Notes: a model not told the origin generated them from the letters alone. A stretch of 64,000 nucleotides of DNA from Candidatus Eiseniibacteriota bacterium (GCA_963783375.1 CAWANH010000029.1:1408001-1472000), one strand, 5' to 3'; positions 6,919 to 18,284 are shown, numbered from the stretch's first letter. Numbers and translations are program-made.

Positions 6919-9900
6919 GTGACCAGAAAGTCCTTGCCCCTGCTCGTCCTGCCTGCCTGTTTGGCCCTCTGGTCGGCCCGGACCTTCGCCGCGCCCCCAC
7001 GCCTCCCCCCGGTCAAGGATCTCTCGACCACCGTGGCATCGCCGCCCGCCGTCCGACTGCCCGCGGGGGTGTTCTCCACCGCGGCGGTGGAGACGACCTG
7101 GTTCGGCGGCACGGTCTGGGACGCCGATTCCTCGCGCTGGGAGGCGATTCCCGGGGGAACCTGGACGTTCGACAGCGGGGTGGGTTCGAGTTACGAGCAC
7201 CCTGCCGGCTCCTGCAAGGACCCTTCGCTCCACAGTCGCATGGAGGGGTGGACGAGCGAGGACTGGAGCATCGGGGGGCCTGAAGCCCGCTTCCGTCGGC
7301 TCACCGTTGCGGACTTCGCACCCGGTATTGCCTGCGTCGGCTCGGACGCCGGTTTGGGGGGTAACGCCTCCGCCTGGGCCGGGCTCCTCCAGCCCGAGGC
7401 CGGCTCCCTCTGCTGGGTCTCCGGCCAGGGATACGGCAATTACTGGTACGTGTGCTTCGAGAAGACGTTCACCACCGATGGGAGCGGCAATGTCGCTCTG
7501 GTCTACGACTACACCAACGATACCGAACCCAACTACGACTTCAGCCGGGTCCTGGTCGATACCACGGGGGCCGGGTCGGCTCCCGATGTAGAACTCACGA
7601 CCTATACGGGGGCGGTGTCCGCGACCCACGACTCCCTGACGTTGGTCCCGGGGGCGACGCTTCCGGGTGGCCTGGGGCTCTATACCGTCAAGTTCTGCGC
7701 GACTTCCGACGGCGCCTATTCGGACGAGGACGGGTACACTCCTACGACCTGCGGCGCCTTCGCGGTGGACAACATCGCGGTCACCGGCGGCGGCGTCTCG
7801 GACGTCTCCGATTTCGAGACCGGGGACGACGGCTGGGTGGAAGTCCATCCCTGCCGGGGGCGTGGTGATTTCGCGGACATCCGGGACCTGTCCGACCTGC
7901 CGGTCATCCCGGGGTCGACCGGGTCCTGCGACCTCAGCGACTCGGTCCTGGTCTTCTTCGACCCCGCCACGGGGAGGCACCCCCTCATGCAGGACAACGT
8001 GGCGATCTCCCCCTGGATCGACCTCGCGGCGGCCGGTGTGGCCGGACAGGCCGGAAAGGTGGTCCAGACCGACTTCTACGCCGACCTTCCCCTGCAGGAC
8101 TACGTCTTCGTCGAGGTTCTGGTGCAGTGGTACCCCGACACCTGCGGCGTCACCGGCCTTCCGGAAGTCAGCCCGTTCGTCTCCGCCGGATCGGTGTACT
8201 ACTTCGGGAACACGCCCCGCTGCAGTGGACCGGGAGCCGGGCCCTTCCGGCTGGATTTCGCGCCGTTCGTCAACCCGCAGGCCATCCGGATGCGGATCGC
8301 GCTGGGAGTCTGGGAGTCCTCCTGCAACTTCATCGAATGCCGCTCCGGGGGGAACGCATCCCCCTGGTTCGACAACGTGCGGGTGGGGGTGTACGCGCCC
8401 CCGCCCGACATCCAGGACCTGATCGACGCCGCCGCTCCCGGGGACACCCTCCGGGTGCCGGCCTGGACCTACACCGGGCCGCGGAACCGCGACCTGGATT
8501 TCCGCGGCAAGAACCTGGTGCTCTTGGGCGCGGGCAAAGACGGCACGATCATCGACTGCGAGGGGCTGGGCCGGGGATTTCTGTTCCAGACCGGCGAGGA
8601 CTCCACCGCGGTTGTCCAGGGGTTCACGATCCGGAACGCCTGGGCCGGCCTGGATTCGACGGGAGCGGAGCGGAACGGGGGGGGCGCCGGGCTGTCCGGG
8701 GCATCTCCGACCTTCCGGGATTGCACGTTCGAGTCCTGCAACGCCTTCAACGGGGGCGGTATCTACGCAACGGGGGGCTCTTCCCTCAGGCTGGAATCCT
8801 GCCGTTTCGACACCCAGACCGCTTCCGAGAGAGGCGGAGGACTCTATCTCTCCGGCGCCGCCGCAACGCTACAGGAATGCTCCTTCGATTCCTGTCACGC
8901 GCAGGAAGGGGGAGGGCTCTACGGCGATATCGGTTCCTCGATCGACCTGAAGGAGTGCACCTTCAGCTCCAACACCGCCGTGCAAGATGGCGGCGGGCTC
9001 ACCGCCGGCGGCGATACGCTCCATGTCGGTGGTTGCCTGTTCCTGAACAACGTATCCGACCACGGAAGCGGTGGGGGCGGGTTTCTCTACTGCCCTTCAA
9101 CCGTCGACAGCTGCACCTTCTCGGGGAATGCGGGTATCGCTCTCTATTCCGGGTACTCCTACCAGTTGTGGAGCCCCCAGCCCGGATCCTCAATCCGGCT
9201 TCAAGGCCTTGCAGGCTCCTCGACGCTGTCCGGGGCGTACTATCCGATCGAGATAACCAGATGTGATTTCCAGGATAACTCGGGAAGCGCCGTAGCCGGG
9301 GGTGGAATCTCCATCGAGGGGTGCACCTTCGTGGGAAACACCGGTACGAACGGGGGAGCCGTAAACGCGAACTTCGTCTCGGTGATCGGATGCCTCTTCA
9401 CCGACAACACGGCCGAGAACCGGGGGGGAGCCCTCTTCGGTTTCGTGGTCGATTACGAGGACTGCACGATTAGCGGCAATCAGGCCGGTGAAGGGGGGGG
9501 GCTGTTCATCGGGAACGGGCTCGTCTCCTGGAGTCATGTGAGCGGGTGCGGCATCACCGGAAACCGGGCGACCCGGGGCGGCGGTGCGGCCTTCTGGCCG
9601 GGGGACGATCTCGTCCTATTCGATCACTGCACGATAGCCGGCAACTCCGCCCATCTGGGCGGCGGCATCTTCGTCAACGAGGCCGCGCAGCCTACGATTC
9701 AGCACTCCATCCTGGCGGTCAATTGCGCCGACAGCCTTGGACCCACGCTCTTCACAGAATCCGAGATATCCTCGGCTGACTTTGTCTGCTCCGCGGTGGA
9801 TTCCGCAGGCATCGCGGGCTCGGGCGCGGTCACCTACACCGGCCCCCAGGTGTTCACCAACCCCGTCTTCTGCGGTCCCGTGTCCTGTGAGAGCGCCCCC

Positions 9901-10302
9901 ACCACCGACGGCGATTACCGCCTCGCCGCCAACTCGCCGTGCCTGCCGGGGGCCAGCCCCTGTGACTCCCTGATCGGGGCGCTCGGCGAGGGCTGCGCCA
10001 TCGTCGGCGTGCCCGGCGGGAAACCACCGGTCGTCACCCGGCCGCTCCTGGCGGCGTTCCCCAATCCTTTCACGGGGTCGCTCCGGATCCAGTACGCGGT
10101 GCCGGGGATGGCGCCGCCGCGCCTCAGCATCTACACCATCGCGGGACGGCTGGTGCGGGAGCTTCGACCGGCGGCGACGTCAGGGATCGTCACCTGGGAC
10201 GGTCGTGATGCAGACGGCGCGGAACTCCCCGCGGGGGTCTACTTCGTGAAGATGGCGGGGCCGGCTGGCGGCAGCGTCCAGCGGGTGGTGCTCCTGCGAT
10301 AA
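6919..10302 (+). CDS. Large secreted protein: Cys-rich N-terminal domain, right-handed beta-helix (Pmp-like GGG/FxxN repeats), C-terminal FlgD-Ig-like domain
   Basis: Signal peptide; IQDLIDAAAPGDT...NRDLDFRGK; repeated NxAxxGGG motifs; FPNPF...WDGRDADGAELPAGVYF. Confidence 0.85.
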   Translation: MTRKSLPLLVLPACLALWSARTFAAPPRLPPVKDLSTTVASPPAVRLPAGVFSTAAVETTWFGGTVWDADSSRWEAIPGGTWTFDSGVGSSYEHPAGSCKDPSLHSRMEGWTSEDWSIGGPEARFRRLTVADFAPGIACVGSDAGLGGNASAWAGLLQPEAGSLCWVSGQGYGNYWYVCFEKTFTTDGSGNVALVYDYTNDTEPNYDFSRVLVDTTGAGSAPDVELTTYTGAVSATHDSLTLVPGATLPGGLGLYTVKFCATSDGAYSDEDGYTPTTCGAFAVDNIAVTGGGVSDVSDFETGDDGWVEVHPCRGRGDFADIRDLSDLPVIPGSTGSCDLSDSVLVFFDPATGRHPLMQDNVAISPWIDLAAAGVAGQAGKVVQTDFYADLPLQDYVFVEVLVQWYPDTCGVTGLPEVSPFVSAGSVYYFGNTPRCSGPGAGPFRLDFAPFVNPQAIRMRIALGVWESSCNFIECRSGGNASPWFDNVRVGVYAPPPDIQDLIDAAAPGDTLRVPAWTYTGPRNRDLDFRGKNLVLLGAGKDGTIIDCEGLGRGFLFQTGEDSTAVVQGFTIRNAWAGLDSTGAERNGGGAGLSGASPTFRDCTFESCNAFNGGGIYATGGSSLRLESCRFDTQTASERGGGLYLSGAAATLQECSFDSCHAQEGGGLYGDIGSSIDLKECTFSSNTAVQDGGGLTAGGDTLHVGGCLFLNNVSDHGSGGGGFLYCPSTVDSCTFSGNAGIALYSGYSYQLWSPQPGSSIRLQGLAGSSTLSGAYYPIEITRCDFQDNSGSAVAGGGISIEGCTFVGNTGTNGGAVNANFVSVIGCLFTDNTAENRGGALFGFVVDYEDCTISGNQAGEGGGLFIGNGLVSWSHVSGCGITGNRATRGGGAAFWPGDDLVLFDHCTIAGNSAHLGGGIFVNEAAQPTIQHSILAVNCADSLGPTLFTESEISSADFVCSAVDSAGIAGSGAVTYTGPQVFTNPVFCGPVSCESAPTTDGDYRLAANSPCLPGASPCDSLIGALGEGCAIVGVPGGKPPVVTRPLLAAFPNPFTGSLRIQYAVPGMAPPRLSIYTIAGRLVRELRPAATSGIVTWDGRDADGAELPAGVYFVKMAGPAGGSVQRVVLLR

Positions 10303-10307
10303 GGTCG

Positions 10308-10333
10308 TACAAGCCCACAGCTTGTATGTTTTT
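10308..10333 (+). terminator. Intrinsic terminator
   Basis: TACAAGC-CCACA-GCTTGTA then TGTTTTT, directly after the stop codon. Confidence 0.6.
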
Positions 10334-10447
10334 CCCCGGGTATCTCGATGTAGGATAATAACTTAAGTCCTGGCAAGCAATTGCCGGTCAACCTGGTCGA
10401 TGGTTCCCGCGCGCCTGACCTCGGAGACCACGCCCCCCCGCCAGGGT

Positions 10448-11404
10448 TCACTCGGTTTCCCCGGGTACACCCGGCTCCGCCCCCGGCTTCGCCGCCTCCC
10501 CCAGCCAATCCCGGGGGGTCAGGAACTCCTCCAGGAGCCGGGCCTCGGGCGAGCCCGGCTCGGGCTCCCAGTCGTAGCGCCAGCGCACCACCGGGGGCAT
10601 CGAGGACAGCACCGACTCGATCCGCCGACCCGACTGGAGCCCGTAGCGGGTGCCGCGGTCGTAGAGCAGGTTGAACTCCACGTAGCGGCCGCGGCGCATG
10701 AGCTGGAAGTCGCGCTCGCGCTCGCCGTAATCCATGCCCTTCCGCCGGGTCAGGATCGGGAGGTATCCGGGGAGGAACGCGTCGCCGACGCTGCGCAGGA
10801 ACTCGAAGGTGCGCTCGAACCCCCACGTGTCGAGATCGTCGAAGAAGAGCCCCCCCACGCCGCGCGCCTCCTCGCGATGGGGGAGGAAGAAGTACCGGTC
10901 GCACTCGGCCTTGAACCGGGGGTACACCTCGGCCCCGAAGGGCTCGCAGGCGGCCAGCGCGTTCCGGTGCCAGTGCACCGCGTCCTCGACGAAGCCGTAG
11001 CAGGGGGTGAGGTCGAAGCCCCCCCCGAACCACCACACGGGCTCCCGGCGCGCCATCTCGGCCACGAAGCAGCGCAGGTTCATGTGGGTGATGGGGGCGT
11101 AGGGATTTCTCGGATGGATGATCATCGAGAGCGAGACGGCCTGGAAGCCCCGCCCGGCCAGCTCGGGCCGGCGGGCGGTGGCCGCCTCGGGGAGCGCGTC
11201 GCCGACCGAGTGGGAGAAGTTGACCGCCGCCTTCTCGATCGCCCCCCCTTCGCTCAGGACCCGGGGACGGGCCAAGCCGCCGCCTGGATCCTCGTAGCGG
11301 TCCTCCCGGAAGCGTCCCCCGCCGTCCGCCCGCTCCAGCGCTCCGCAGATCGCGTCCTGGAGGGCGAGCAGGTAGTGGCGAACCCGTTCGGCGGGAGCGC
11401 TCAT
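10448..11404 (-). CDS. hemF: Oxygen-dependent coproporphyrinogen III oxidase
   Basis: [45 protein letters not shown]. Confidence 0.96.
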   Translation of the reverse strand: MSAPAERVRHYLLALQDAICGALERADGGGRFREDRYEDPGGGLARPRVLSEGGAIEKAAVNFSHSVGDALPEAATARRPELAGRGFQAVSLSMIIHPRNPYAPITHMNLRCFVAEMARREPVWWFGGGFDLTPCYGFVEDAVHWHRNALAACEPFGAEVYPRFKAECDRYFFLPHREEARGVGGLFFDDLDTWGFERTFEFLRSVGDAFLPGYLPILTRRKGMDYGERERDFQLMRRGRYVEFNLLYDRGTRYGLQSGRRIESVLSSMPPVVRWRYDWEPEPGSPEARLLEEFLTPRDWLGEAAKPGAEPGVPGETE

Positions 11405-11528
11405 CGTCCCCCCCGCCTCGCCAACCGGCAATCGGACGCGTGCCGGCCCGCCTGTCGCGGATGCGACACGCCATGGTTCGCGTCCCTCGGGGCGGGCGCG
11501 CGACACTCCACCCTGATCCCGGACGCGT

Positions 11529-12464
11529 TCATCCTCCGCCCCACGTTTCCTGCTCGAGGGCGACCGCCGCGGGCTCACCGCCGGTGACCCCGGCCAGGAT
11601 GCGATGAACGGCGCGGACGCCGTCGGTAAGCGCCCCCGGTCCCGGCTGGAGGATGGCCGAGGCATCGATCTCGTACACCCGCCCCTCCTTCATGAAGGGG
11701 GCTTCGGGCCAGCCGGCGCGCTTCTCCAGATAATCGCGACGGAACTTCCGCCCGCACCAGGAGGCCATGTACACGTCGGGGTTTCGGCGCAGCACGAACT
11801 CGGGACCGTCCAGGGTCCGGTCCCGGGCCAGCCGGGCGTCCTTGAACTCGGGGAAGATGTCCACCCCGCCGGCGATCTCCACCAGCTCCATGACCCATCG
11901 GATCCCGGAGATGAGCGGGTCGTGCCATTCCTCGAAGTAGACCCGCGGGTGCCAGGGGAACCGTTCCGCCGCCGCGGCGATGGCCGCAAGCTCTTCGCGG
12001 AGGGTCTCGGCGAGGGCCGCCCCGCGCTCGGGCGCACCGATCAAGGCGCCCAGGTTCCGGATCATGCCGAGGATCTCGGCCACCGAGCGCTGGTTGAAGC
12101 AGTGGACCTCGAGGCCGTGCCGGATCAGCTCGGCGCAGATGTCGGCCTGGAGATCGGAGAACCCCAGCACCAGGTCCGGCCGGAGGTCCAGGATCTTCCC
12201 GGTCTCGGCCTTCAAGAACTGGGAAACCACCGGCTTCTCGCGCTTGGCCCGCGGCGGACGCACCGTGAAGGCCGAGATGCCGACGATCCGGTCCTCCGCC
12301 CCCAGCCGGTAGAGGACCTCGGTGGTTTCCTCGGTGAGGCAGACGATCCGGCTCGGCTCGTGGCTCCGGCGCCAGTCGCTCGAGGCTCCGCCGCCCGCGT
12401 CCCCCCCCGGACCGCCGCCGGCCGCAACTTTCGGGCCGCCGCTTCTGGATGAATCGGATTTCAC
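11529..12464 (-). CDS. Cobalamin/iron-complex binding protein (BtuF-like)
   Basis: [56 protein letters not shown]. Start uncertain. Confidence 0.85.
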   Translation of the reverse strand: MKSDSSRSGGPKVAAGGGPGGDAGGGASSDWRRSHEPSRIVCLTEETTEVLYRLGAEDRIVGISAFTVRPPRAKREKPVVSQFLKAETGKILDLRPDLVLGFSDLQADICAELIRHGLEVHCFNQRSVAEILGMIRNLGALIGAPERGAALAETLREELAAIAAAAERFPWHPRVYFEEWHDPLISGIRWVMELVEIAGGVDIFPEFKDARLARDRTLDGPEFVLRRNPDVYMASWCGRKFRRDYLEKRAGWPEAPFMKEGRVYEIDASAILQPGPGALTDGVRAVHRILAGVTGGEPAAVALEQETWGGG

Positions 12465-12616
12465 TTTGCTATCGTGCTCCCCGGCTATTGCGTTCCCGCC
12501 GGCGGGAACCCGCCGTGCCCGGCGCGGGCGGGAAGGAAAGGGGCGGCGACGACCGCCCGGCGAAGCAGGCATCCTTTTCGGATGTCTCTATCCACAAGGG
12601 TACGAAGATCACATCC

Positions 12617-14638
12617 ATGCGTCGAGTCCCTCTCGCCGTCGCCGGCCTGGTCCTGACCCTGGCCGCCCTCTGGGGCGCGGCCGGACGGGCGCCCCTCGCC
12701 CTCTCCCCCCTGGTGTGGTTCGCCGCCCTCTGGCTCCCCGGGGCCCCCTTCGCCCTCACCGGACGCGGCCCCGCCCGCTTCGACTCCCTCTGGCTCCCCC
12801 TCGCCCTCGGCCCGGTGGTGTTCGGAGCCGGGGTGTGCGCGGGACGCTTCGCCGGGCTTCCCCTCCCGGCGGCCGCCTTCCTCACCGTGGCCGCGAGCTA
12901 CCTCGCGTGGCTCGCCGTGCTCGTGAGCCCGCGGAGCGAAGCCCCCGCCGCACCGGGATCCCCCGCCCCGGGAGGCCCATGGCTGGGGCCGCTCCTGGCC
13001 GGGGCGGCGATCTTCACCCTGGGGATCCTCCCACCGCTCCTCCACCCCCCGCTTCGGGTGCGGGACGACGCGCTCCTCCACCTTCCCATCATCCAGCGCA
13101 TCCTCGCCGGATCGTTTCCCCCGGAGAACCCGTTTCTGGCCGGAACGCCCCTCCCCTACTTCTGGTTCTACCACGCGGTGATGGCCGGGGTGGACCGTCT
13201 CTCCGGGATCCCGCTCCCCTTGAGCCTCACCCTTCTCAACGTCCAGGCGCTCGCGGTGCTGCTCCTGGCCCTGGACCGGCTGGCGCGCCGCCTCGGGCTC
13301 GGGCCCACCGCCCGCGCCGCCACCCTCCTCCTCTTCGGCCTGGGGCTCTCCCCCTGGGGATGGGGCCGGCTCCTGGTGATCCGCGCCACCCACCCCGAAC
13401 TCAACTGGGCGCTGGTGAAGACCTACGGCATCGCCGGGCTCCTCCCGCTCCTGAACCGGATCGATCCCCGGCTGGCGGGATCCCTCACCAAGATCGCGGT
13501 CTCCAACGCCTTCCCCATGAGCCTGGCCCTCTTCGCCCTGGCCGCCACCCCGCCGGCCCGGACCGGCTCCCCGGTCTGGATCCGCCGGGGGATCCTCGTC
13601 GCCGGCTGCGCCCTCTTCCACCTGGTGACCGGGTTCCTCCTCATCGCGGGGCTGGGGCTGGCATGGCTGGTCTCCCGCCTTGCGCCGGACGACGAGTCCG
13701 GCCCCTCGGCCCGCTTCGCCGCGCTCCTCGCCCTGGCCGCGGCCCTGATCGTCACCGTGCCCTACGCGATCGAGGTGATCGGGGCCCGCACCGGGGAGAG
13801 CGCCACCACCCTGGTCTACCAGCCCGACCGGGCCCTGAAACTCCACCTGGCCCTCATCGGAATCTGGCTCCTGGCCCTTCCCGCGCTCGTGACGTGGGCA
13901 CGCCGGGGCCTCGGACGGGCCTGGCTGGCGGTCGGGGCCCCCGCCCTGGTCCTCCCCTTCGCCGTCCACCTGATCGACGGTAACGAGTACAAGTCGATCT
14001 TCCTCCTGCTGGTCCTCCTCGCCCCCGCGGCGGGAGAGGGGCTTCGCCGGATCACCGGAGGCCGTCGGTGGGTCATGGGGCTGGTCGTGGCGGCGTTCGT
14101 CCCCACCGCCTGGCTCGCCGCCCAGGGGTACGTGTCCGATACCCCGCCGGGGGTTCTCTCTCCCGCGGAACGGGGGCGGCTCGAGGCCGCGGCGGCCGCT
14201 CTCCCTTCCGACGCGGTGCTCTGGCGGATCGATCCCGGCCGGGACTATTCCGCCTTCACCTTTCCCCTGGGCCACCCCATGTTCGTGAGCGACCCCTACG
14301 CGCTCCGGATCCTGGGGGTCTGGAACAGCGAGGAGGCGCGCTGGCGCCGGGGGGACCTGAAGGCCGCCGAGGAGGGAAAGCTCCCGGAGGCCCTGGCCGC
14401 GGCCCGGGACCGGCTGGACGGGCGCCCGCTGGCCGTCCTGGTGAGCGACGACGACGCCCGCCGCTACCCCTGGCTCCCGGCCGGGGTCCGGCGACTGGGG
14501 CTCCGCGAGGCGGCCCGGGCCCCCGGTCTCACCCTCTTCGTCCCCCCCGCGCGGGGCCGGGGGCGGGGCCTGCCCGGCTCCCCCGGCCGGACCGGCGCCG
14601 GATCGGGAGATCCTCCGGGAAGCGCGCCAAATCGCTAA
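12617..14638 (+). CDS. Polytopic membrane protein, possibly a GT-C fold glycosyltransferase
   Basis: Many TM segments; first loop D..LH...PPENPFLAGTPLPYFWFYH resembles GT-C-like proteins. Confidence 0.65.
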   Translation: MRRVPLAVAGLVLTLAALWGAAGRAPLALSPLVWFAALWLPGAPFALTGRGPARFDSLWLPLALGPVVFGAGVCAGRFAGLPLPAAAFLTVAASYLAWLAVLVSPRSEAPAAPGSPAPGGPWLGPLLAGAAIFTLGILPPLLHPPLRVRDDALLHLPIIQRILAGSFPPENPFLAGTPLPYFWFYHAVMAGVDRLSGIPLPLSLTLLNVQALAVLLLALDRLARRLGLGPTARAATLLLFGLGLSPWGWGRLLVIRATHPELNWALVKTYGIAGLLPLLNRIDPRLAGSLTKIAVSNAFPMSLALFALAATPPARTGSPVWIRRGILVAGCALFHLVTGFLLIAGLGLAWLVSRLAPDDESGPSARFAALLALAAALIVTVPYAIEVIGARTGESATTLVYQPDRALKLHLALIGIWLLALPALVTWARRGLGRAWLAVGAPALVLPFAVHLIDGNEYKSIFLLLVLLAPAAGEGLRRITGGRRWVMGLVVAAFVPTAWLAAQGYVSDTPPGVLSPAERGRLEAAAAALPSDAVLWRIDPGRDYSAFTFPLGHPMFVSDPYALRILGVWNSEEARWRRGDLKAAEEGKLPEALAAARDRLDGRPLAVLVSDDDARRYPWLPAGVRRLGLREAARAPGLTLFVPPARGRGRGLPGSPGRTGAGSGDPPGSAPNR

Positions 14639-14751
14639 ATAATTGAAACACAAAACCTTACACGGACTTTTTCGAGCTTCTTGCAATCCGACCGTCGATC
14701 CCCTATACAATCCACCCCTGCCTTTGGGTCGTGCACCGTGGAGAGCCTGTC

Positions 14752-17439
14752 ATGCCGAAGCGCCTTGTCATCGTGGAGTCCCCGGCCAAAGCCCGCACCA
14801 TATCGCGGTACCTGGGGAAGGACTTCATCGTCGATTCCAGCATCGGCCACATCCGGGACCTCCCGGGCAACGCGGCGCAGATCCCCGCCGGCCTCAAGAA
14901 GGAGCCCTGGGCCCGGCTCGGGGTCAACGTGGAGAACGACTTCGAGCCCCTCTACGTGGTCCCCTCCGAGAAGAAGAAGAAGGTGAGCGAGCTCAAGGCC
15001 GCGCTCAAGGGCGCCGACGAGCTGCTCCTGGCCACCGACGAGGACCGCGAGGGGGAGGCGATTTCCTGGCACCTGGTGGAGCTCTTGAAGCCCAAGGTGC
15101 CCTACCGGCGGCTCGTCTTCCACGAGATCACCCGCGAGGCCATCCAGGGCGCCCTCGACCACACCCGCCCCATCGACCAGCGGCTGGTCTCGGCCCAGGA
15201 AACCCGGCGAATCCTGGACCGGCTCTTCGGCTACGAGGTCTCGCCGCTCTTGTGGAAGAAGATCGGGCCGAGGCTCTCGGCCGGCCGGGTCCAGAGCGTG
15301 GCCATCCGGATGATCGTGATCCGGGAGCGCGCGCGGATGCGGTTCCGGGAGAGCGTGTACTGGGATCTCGATGGGACCTTCCGCACTGCCGCAGGGAAGG
15401 ATTTCGGGGCGCGCCTGGTGTCCCTGGGCGGGAGCCGGGTGGCCACCGGGAAGGACTTCGACCCGGAAACCGGCCGGCTGGCCAACGCCGACGCGGTCCT
15501 GGTGGACGAGGCGCGGGCCCGCAGCCTGGCGAAATCGCTCACCGAGGCCTCGTGGCGGGTTACCGAGACCGAGACCAAGGGATTCGTGCAGACCCCCCCC
15601 GCCCCCTTCACCACCAGCACCCTCCAGCAGGAGGGGGCGCGGAAGCTCCGCTACTCGGCCCGTCGCACCATGCAGGTGGCCCAGCGCCTCTACGAGAACG
15701 GCTACATCACCTACATGCGGACCGACTCCACCACCCTTTCGGAGCAGGCCATCGGCGCGGCCCGCCGGGCGGTCACCGCGCTCTACGACGAGAGCTACCT
15801 GTCCAAGTCCCCCCGCCAATTCAAGACCAAGGTCAAGAATGCCCAGGAGGCCCACGAGGCCATCCGCCCGGCCGGCGACCAGTTCCGGACCCCCGTCTCG
15901 ATCAAGGGGGAGCTCACCGCCGAGGAGTTCAAGCTCTACGAGCTCATCTGGATGCGCACCCTGGCCGGCCAGATGGCCGAGGCCCGGGGGCGGCGGATGA
16001 CCGTGCGCCTGGCCGCCGACGACGCGGTGTTCCAGGCCTCGGGGAAGGTCATCGACTTTCCCGGGTTCCTCCGGGTCTACGTCGAGGGCTCGGACGATCC
16101 CCAGGCGGACCTGGCCGAGCAGGAGTCGATCCTCCCCGACATGAAGGAAGGGGATCCCCTGACCTGTCGCGGGCTCGAACCGAAGGAGCACCGGACCCAG
16201 CCTCCGGCCCGCTTCACCGAGGCTTCGCTGGTGAAGGAGCTGGAGGCCAACGGGATCGGACGCCCCAGCACCTACGCCAGCATCATCGACACCATCCAGC
16301 GCCGCGAGTACACCTTCAAGAAGGGCTCGGCCCTGGTCCCCACCTGGCTCGCCTTCGCGGTGGTGAACCTCCTGGAGAACCACTTCCCCGAGCTGGTGGA
16401 CGCGGGGTTCACCGCGCGGATGGAGGACGACCTCGACGCCATCTCCCGGGGGGAGGCGGAGTCGCTCCCCTACCTGAAGAATTTTTATTTCGGAAACGGC
16501 CAAAAGGGATTGAAGCCCCAGCTCGAGCTGAAGGTGGAGAAGATCGACCCGCGCACGATCTGCACCATCGTCCTGGGGAAGGACGAGGAGGGCCGCGAGG
16601 TGGCGGTCCGGGTCGGCCGCTACGGCCCGTTCCTCCAGCGGGACGAGGACACCTCGCCGATCCCGGACGGGACGCCTCCGGACGAGCTGACCCTGGAGCG
16701 GGCGAAGGAGTTGCTCGCCACCGCCCAGCAGGGACCGCGGGTTCTGGGAAGCGATCCCGAGACCGGGGCCGAGGTCACGGTGCGGGACGGGCGCTTCGGG
16801 CCCTACGTCCAGCTTGGCGAGGCCGAGGGGAAGAAAAAGCCCAAGACCCAGTCCCTCCTCAAGACCATGACCACGGAATCGGTGGATCTGGCGACCGCGC
16901 TCAATCTCCTGAGCCTCCCCCGGGTAGTGGGGCAGGACGAGAACGGCGAGGACGTGATGGTGGCCTACGGTCGGTTCGGACCGTATCTGAAGCGGGGGAA
17001 GGACACCCGGAGCCTGGAACGGGAAGAGCAGGTCTTCACCGTGACCCTTGAGGAGGCGCTCCACATCCTGGCCCAGCCCAAGAAGGGCCGGAGGCGGGGA
17101 TCGGAACCGCTCAAGGTGCTGGGGGCCGCGCCCGACCTGGACGGGGCGGAGGTGAAGCTCATGGAGGGCCGGTTCGGGCCCTACGTCACCGACGGCGCCA
17201 CCAATGCCTCGATCCCGAGGGGAACCGACCCGGAGAGCGTGAACCTGGAACAGGCGGTCCACCTGATCCAGGAACGGAGGGCCCGCGGGCCGGCCCGGAA
17301 GAAGACGACGCGAAAGAAGACGGGGGGCACGGGCAAGACCGGCGGCCGGAAGAAGACCGCGGCCAAGAAAACCTCGCGGAAGAAGACGGCTCGCAAGAAG
17401 AGCGCGACCAAGAAAGCGAGCAAGAAGGCTTCGAAATGA
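14752..17439 (+). CDS. topA: DNA topoisomerase I with Topo_C repeats and Lys-rich tail
   Basis: LVIVESPAKA, LATDEDREGEAISWH, SAGRVQS, ITYMRTDS, AQEAHEAIRP, four GR[FY]GP repeats. Confidence 0.97.
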   Translation: MPKRLVIVESPAKARTISRYLGKDFIVDSSIGHIRDLPGNAAQIPAGLKKEPWARLGVNVENDFEPLYVVPSEKKKKVSELKAALKGADELLLATDEDREGEAISWHLVELLKPKVPYRRLVFHEITREAIQGALDHTRPIDQRLVSAQETRRILDRLFGYEVSPLLWKKIGPRLSAGRVQSVAIRMIVIRERARMRFRESVYWDLDGTFRTAAGKDFGARLVSLGGSRVATGKDFDPETGRLANADAVLVDEARARSLAKSLTEASWRVTETETKGFVQTPPAPFTTSTLQQEGARKLRYSARRTMQVAQRLYENGYITYMRTDSTTLSEQAIGAARRAVTALYDESYLSKSPRQFKTKVKNAQEAHEAIRPAGDQFRTPVSIKGELTAEEFKLYELIWMRTLAGQMAEARGRRMTVRLAADDAVFQASGKVIDFPGFLRVYVEGSDDPQADLAEQESILPDMKEGDPLTCRGLEPKEHRTQPPARFTEASLVKELEANGIGRPSTYASIIDTIQRREYTFKKGSALVPTWLAFAVVNLLENHFPELVDAGFTARMEDDLDAISRGEAESLPYLKNFYFGNGQKGLKPQLELKVEKIDPRTICTIVLGKDEEGREVAVRVGRYGPFLQRDEDTSPIPDGTPPDELTLERAKELLATAQQGPRVLGSDPETGAEVTVRDGRFGPYVQLGEAEGKKKPKTQSLLKTMTTESVDLATALNLLSLPRVVGQDENGEDVMVAYGRFGPYLKRGKDTRSLEREEQVFTVTLEEALHILAQPKKGRRRGSEPLKVLGAAPDLDGAEVKLMEGRFGPYVTDGATNASIPRGTDPESVNLEQAVHLIQERRARGPARKKTTRKKTGGTGKTGGRKKTAAKKTSRKKTARKKSATKKASKKASK

Positions 17440-18242
17440 CGAACCGGCCGGCGCGGCCGGGACCGGTCCTTCGACCGGCGGGCGGTCCCTGGCCGGCTAT
17501 CCTCCTCCTTCTCCTCCCGGCCTTCCTGGCCTCCGGCCTCGCCTGCGCCACCGCCCCCAAACCGGTCACCGCCTACGTCGCCGCGTCCCTGGTGGACGTG
17601 ATGGAGCGGGCGGCGCGGGAGTACGCCAAGACGGGAGGGGGGCCGGTGGACGTCCGCCCGGGCGGCTCCGGCGCCCTGGCCGTGCAGATAGAAAACGGCG
17701 CCCCCGCGGACCTCTACGCATCCGCCGATCCCCGCTGGATGGACGAGCTGGAGGAGAAGGGCCTGATCGGGAAGGGAACCGCCCGGACCCTGGCCTGGAA
17801 TTCCCTGGTCCTGGTGGTGCCCAAGGACTCCCGGGTGATGGACAGGGGGTTCTCGACGGTGACCGATTTCCGGAAGATCGCCATCGGCGACCCCGCATCC
17901 GTCCCCGCGGGACGCTACGCCGAGCAGGCCCTCAAGAATCTCTACCTGTGGAAGGACGCCCAGGACCGCCTGGTCGAGACCCCCGACGTCCGCGCCGCCC
18001 TGGCCCTGGTGGAGCGCGGCGAGGTGGACGCGGGGATCGTCTACGGGACCGACGCCCTGTTGAGCGAGAAGATCCGGATCCTGGCCCGGCTCGGCGCGGA
18101 CACCCACGATCCGATCGTGTACATGGCCGCGGTGCTGAAGGATTCCCGGCATTCGTCGGAGGCGACGGACTTCCTGGATTTTCTGACCGGCCCGAAGGGA
18201 AAAGAGATCTTCACCGGGTACGGGTTCCAGGGGGGCGAGTGA
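17436..18242 (+). CDS. modA: Molybdate ABC transporter substrate-binding protein
   Basis: AASL, SGALAVQIENGAPADLYASAD, IGDPASVPAGRYA, DAGIVYGTDA. Confidence 0.93.
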   Translation: MTNRPARPGPVLRPAGGPWPAILLLLLPAFLASGLACATAPKPVTAYVAASLVDVMERAAREYAKTGGGPVDVRPGGSGALAVQIENGAPADLYASADPRWMDELEEKGLIGKGTARTLAWNSLVLVVPKDSRVMDRGFSTVTDFRKIAIGDPASVPAGRYAEQALKNLYLWKDAQDRLVETPDVRAALALVERGEVDAGIVYGTDALLSEKIRILARLGADTHDPIVYMAAVLKDSRHSSEATDFLDFLTGPKGKEIFTGYGFQGGE

Positions 18243-18284
18243 TCCCCGCCGGCCGGTCCCGGCGCGGAACCGAGCGATCGTGAC

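Noticed and set aside
14635-17262. Long overlapping ORFs opposite or out of frame with topA (and likewise over fadE and the cytochromes)
   Set aside because: Typical high-GC shadow ORFs rich in Arg/Gly/Pro with no recognisable motifs.
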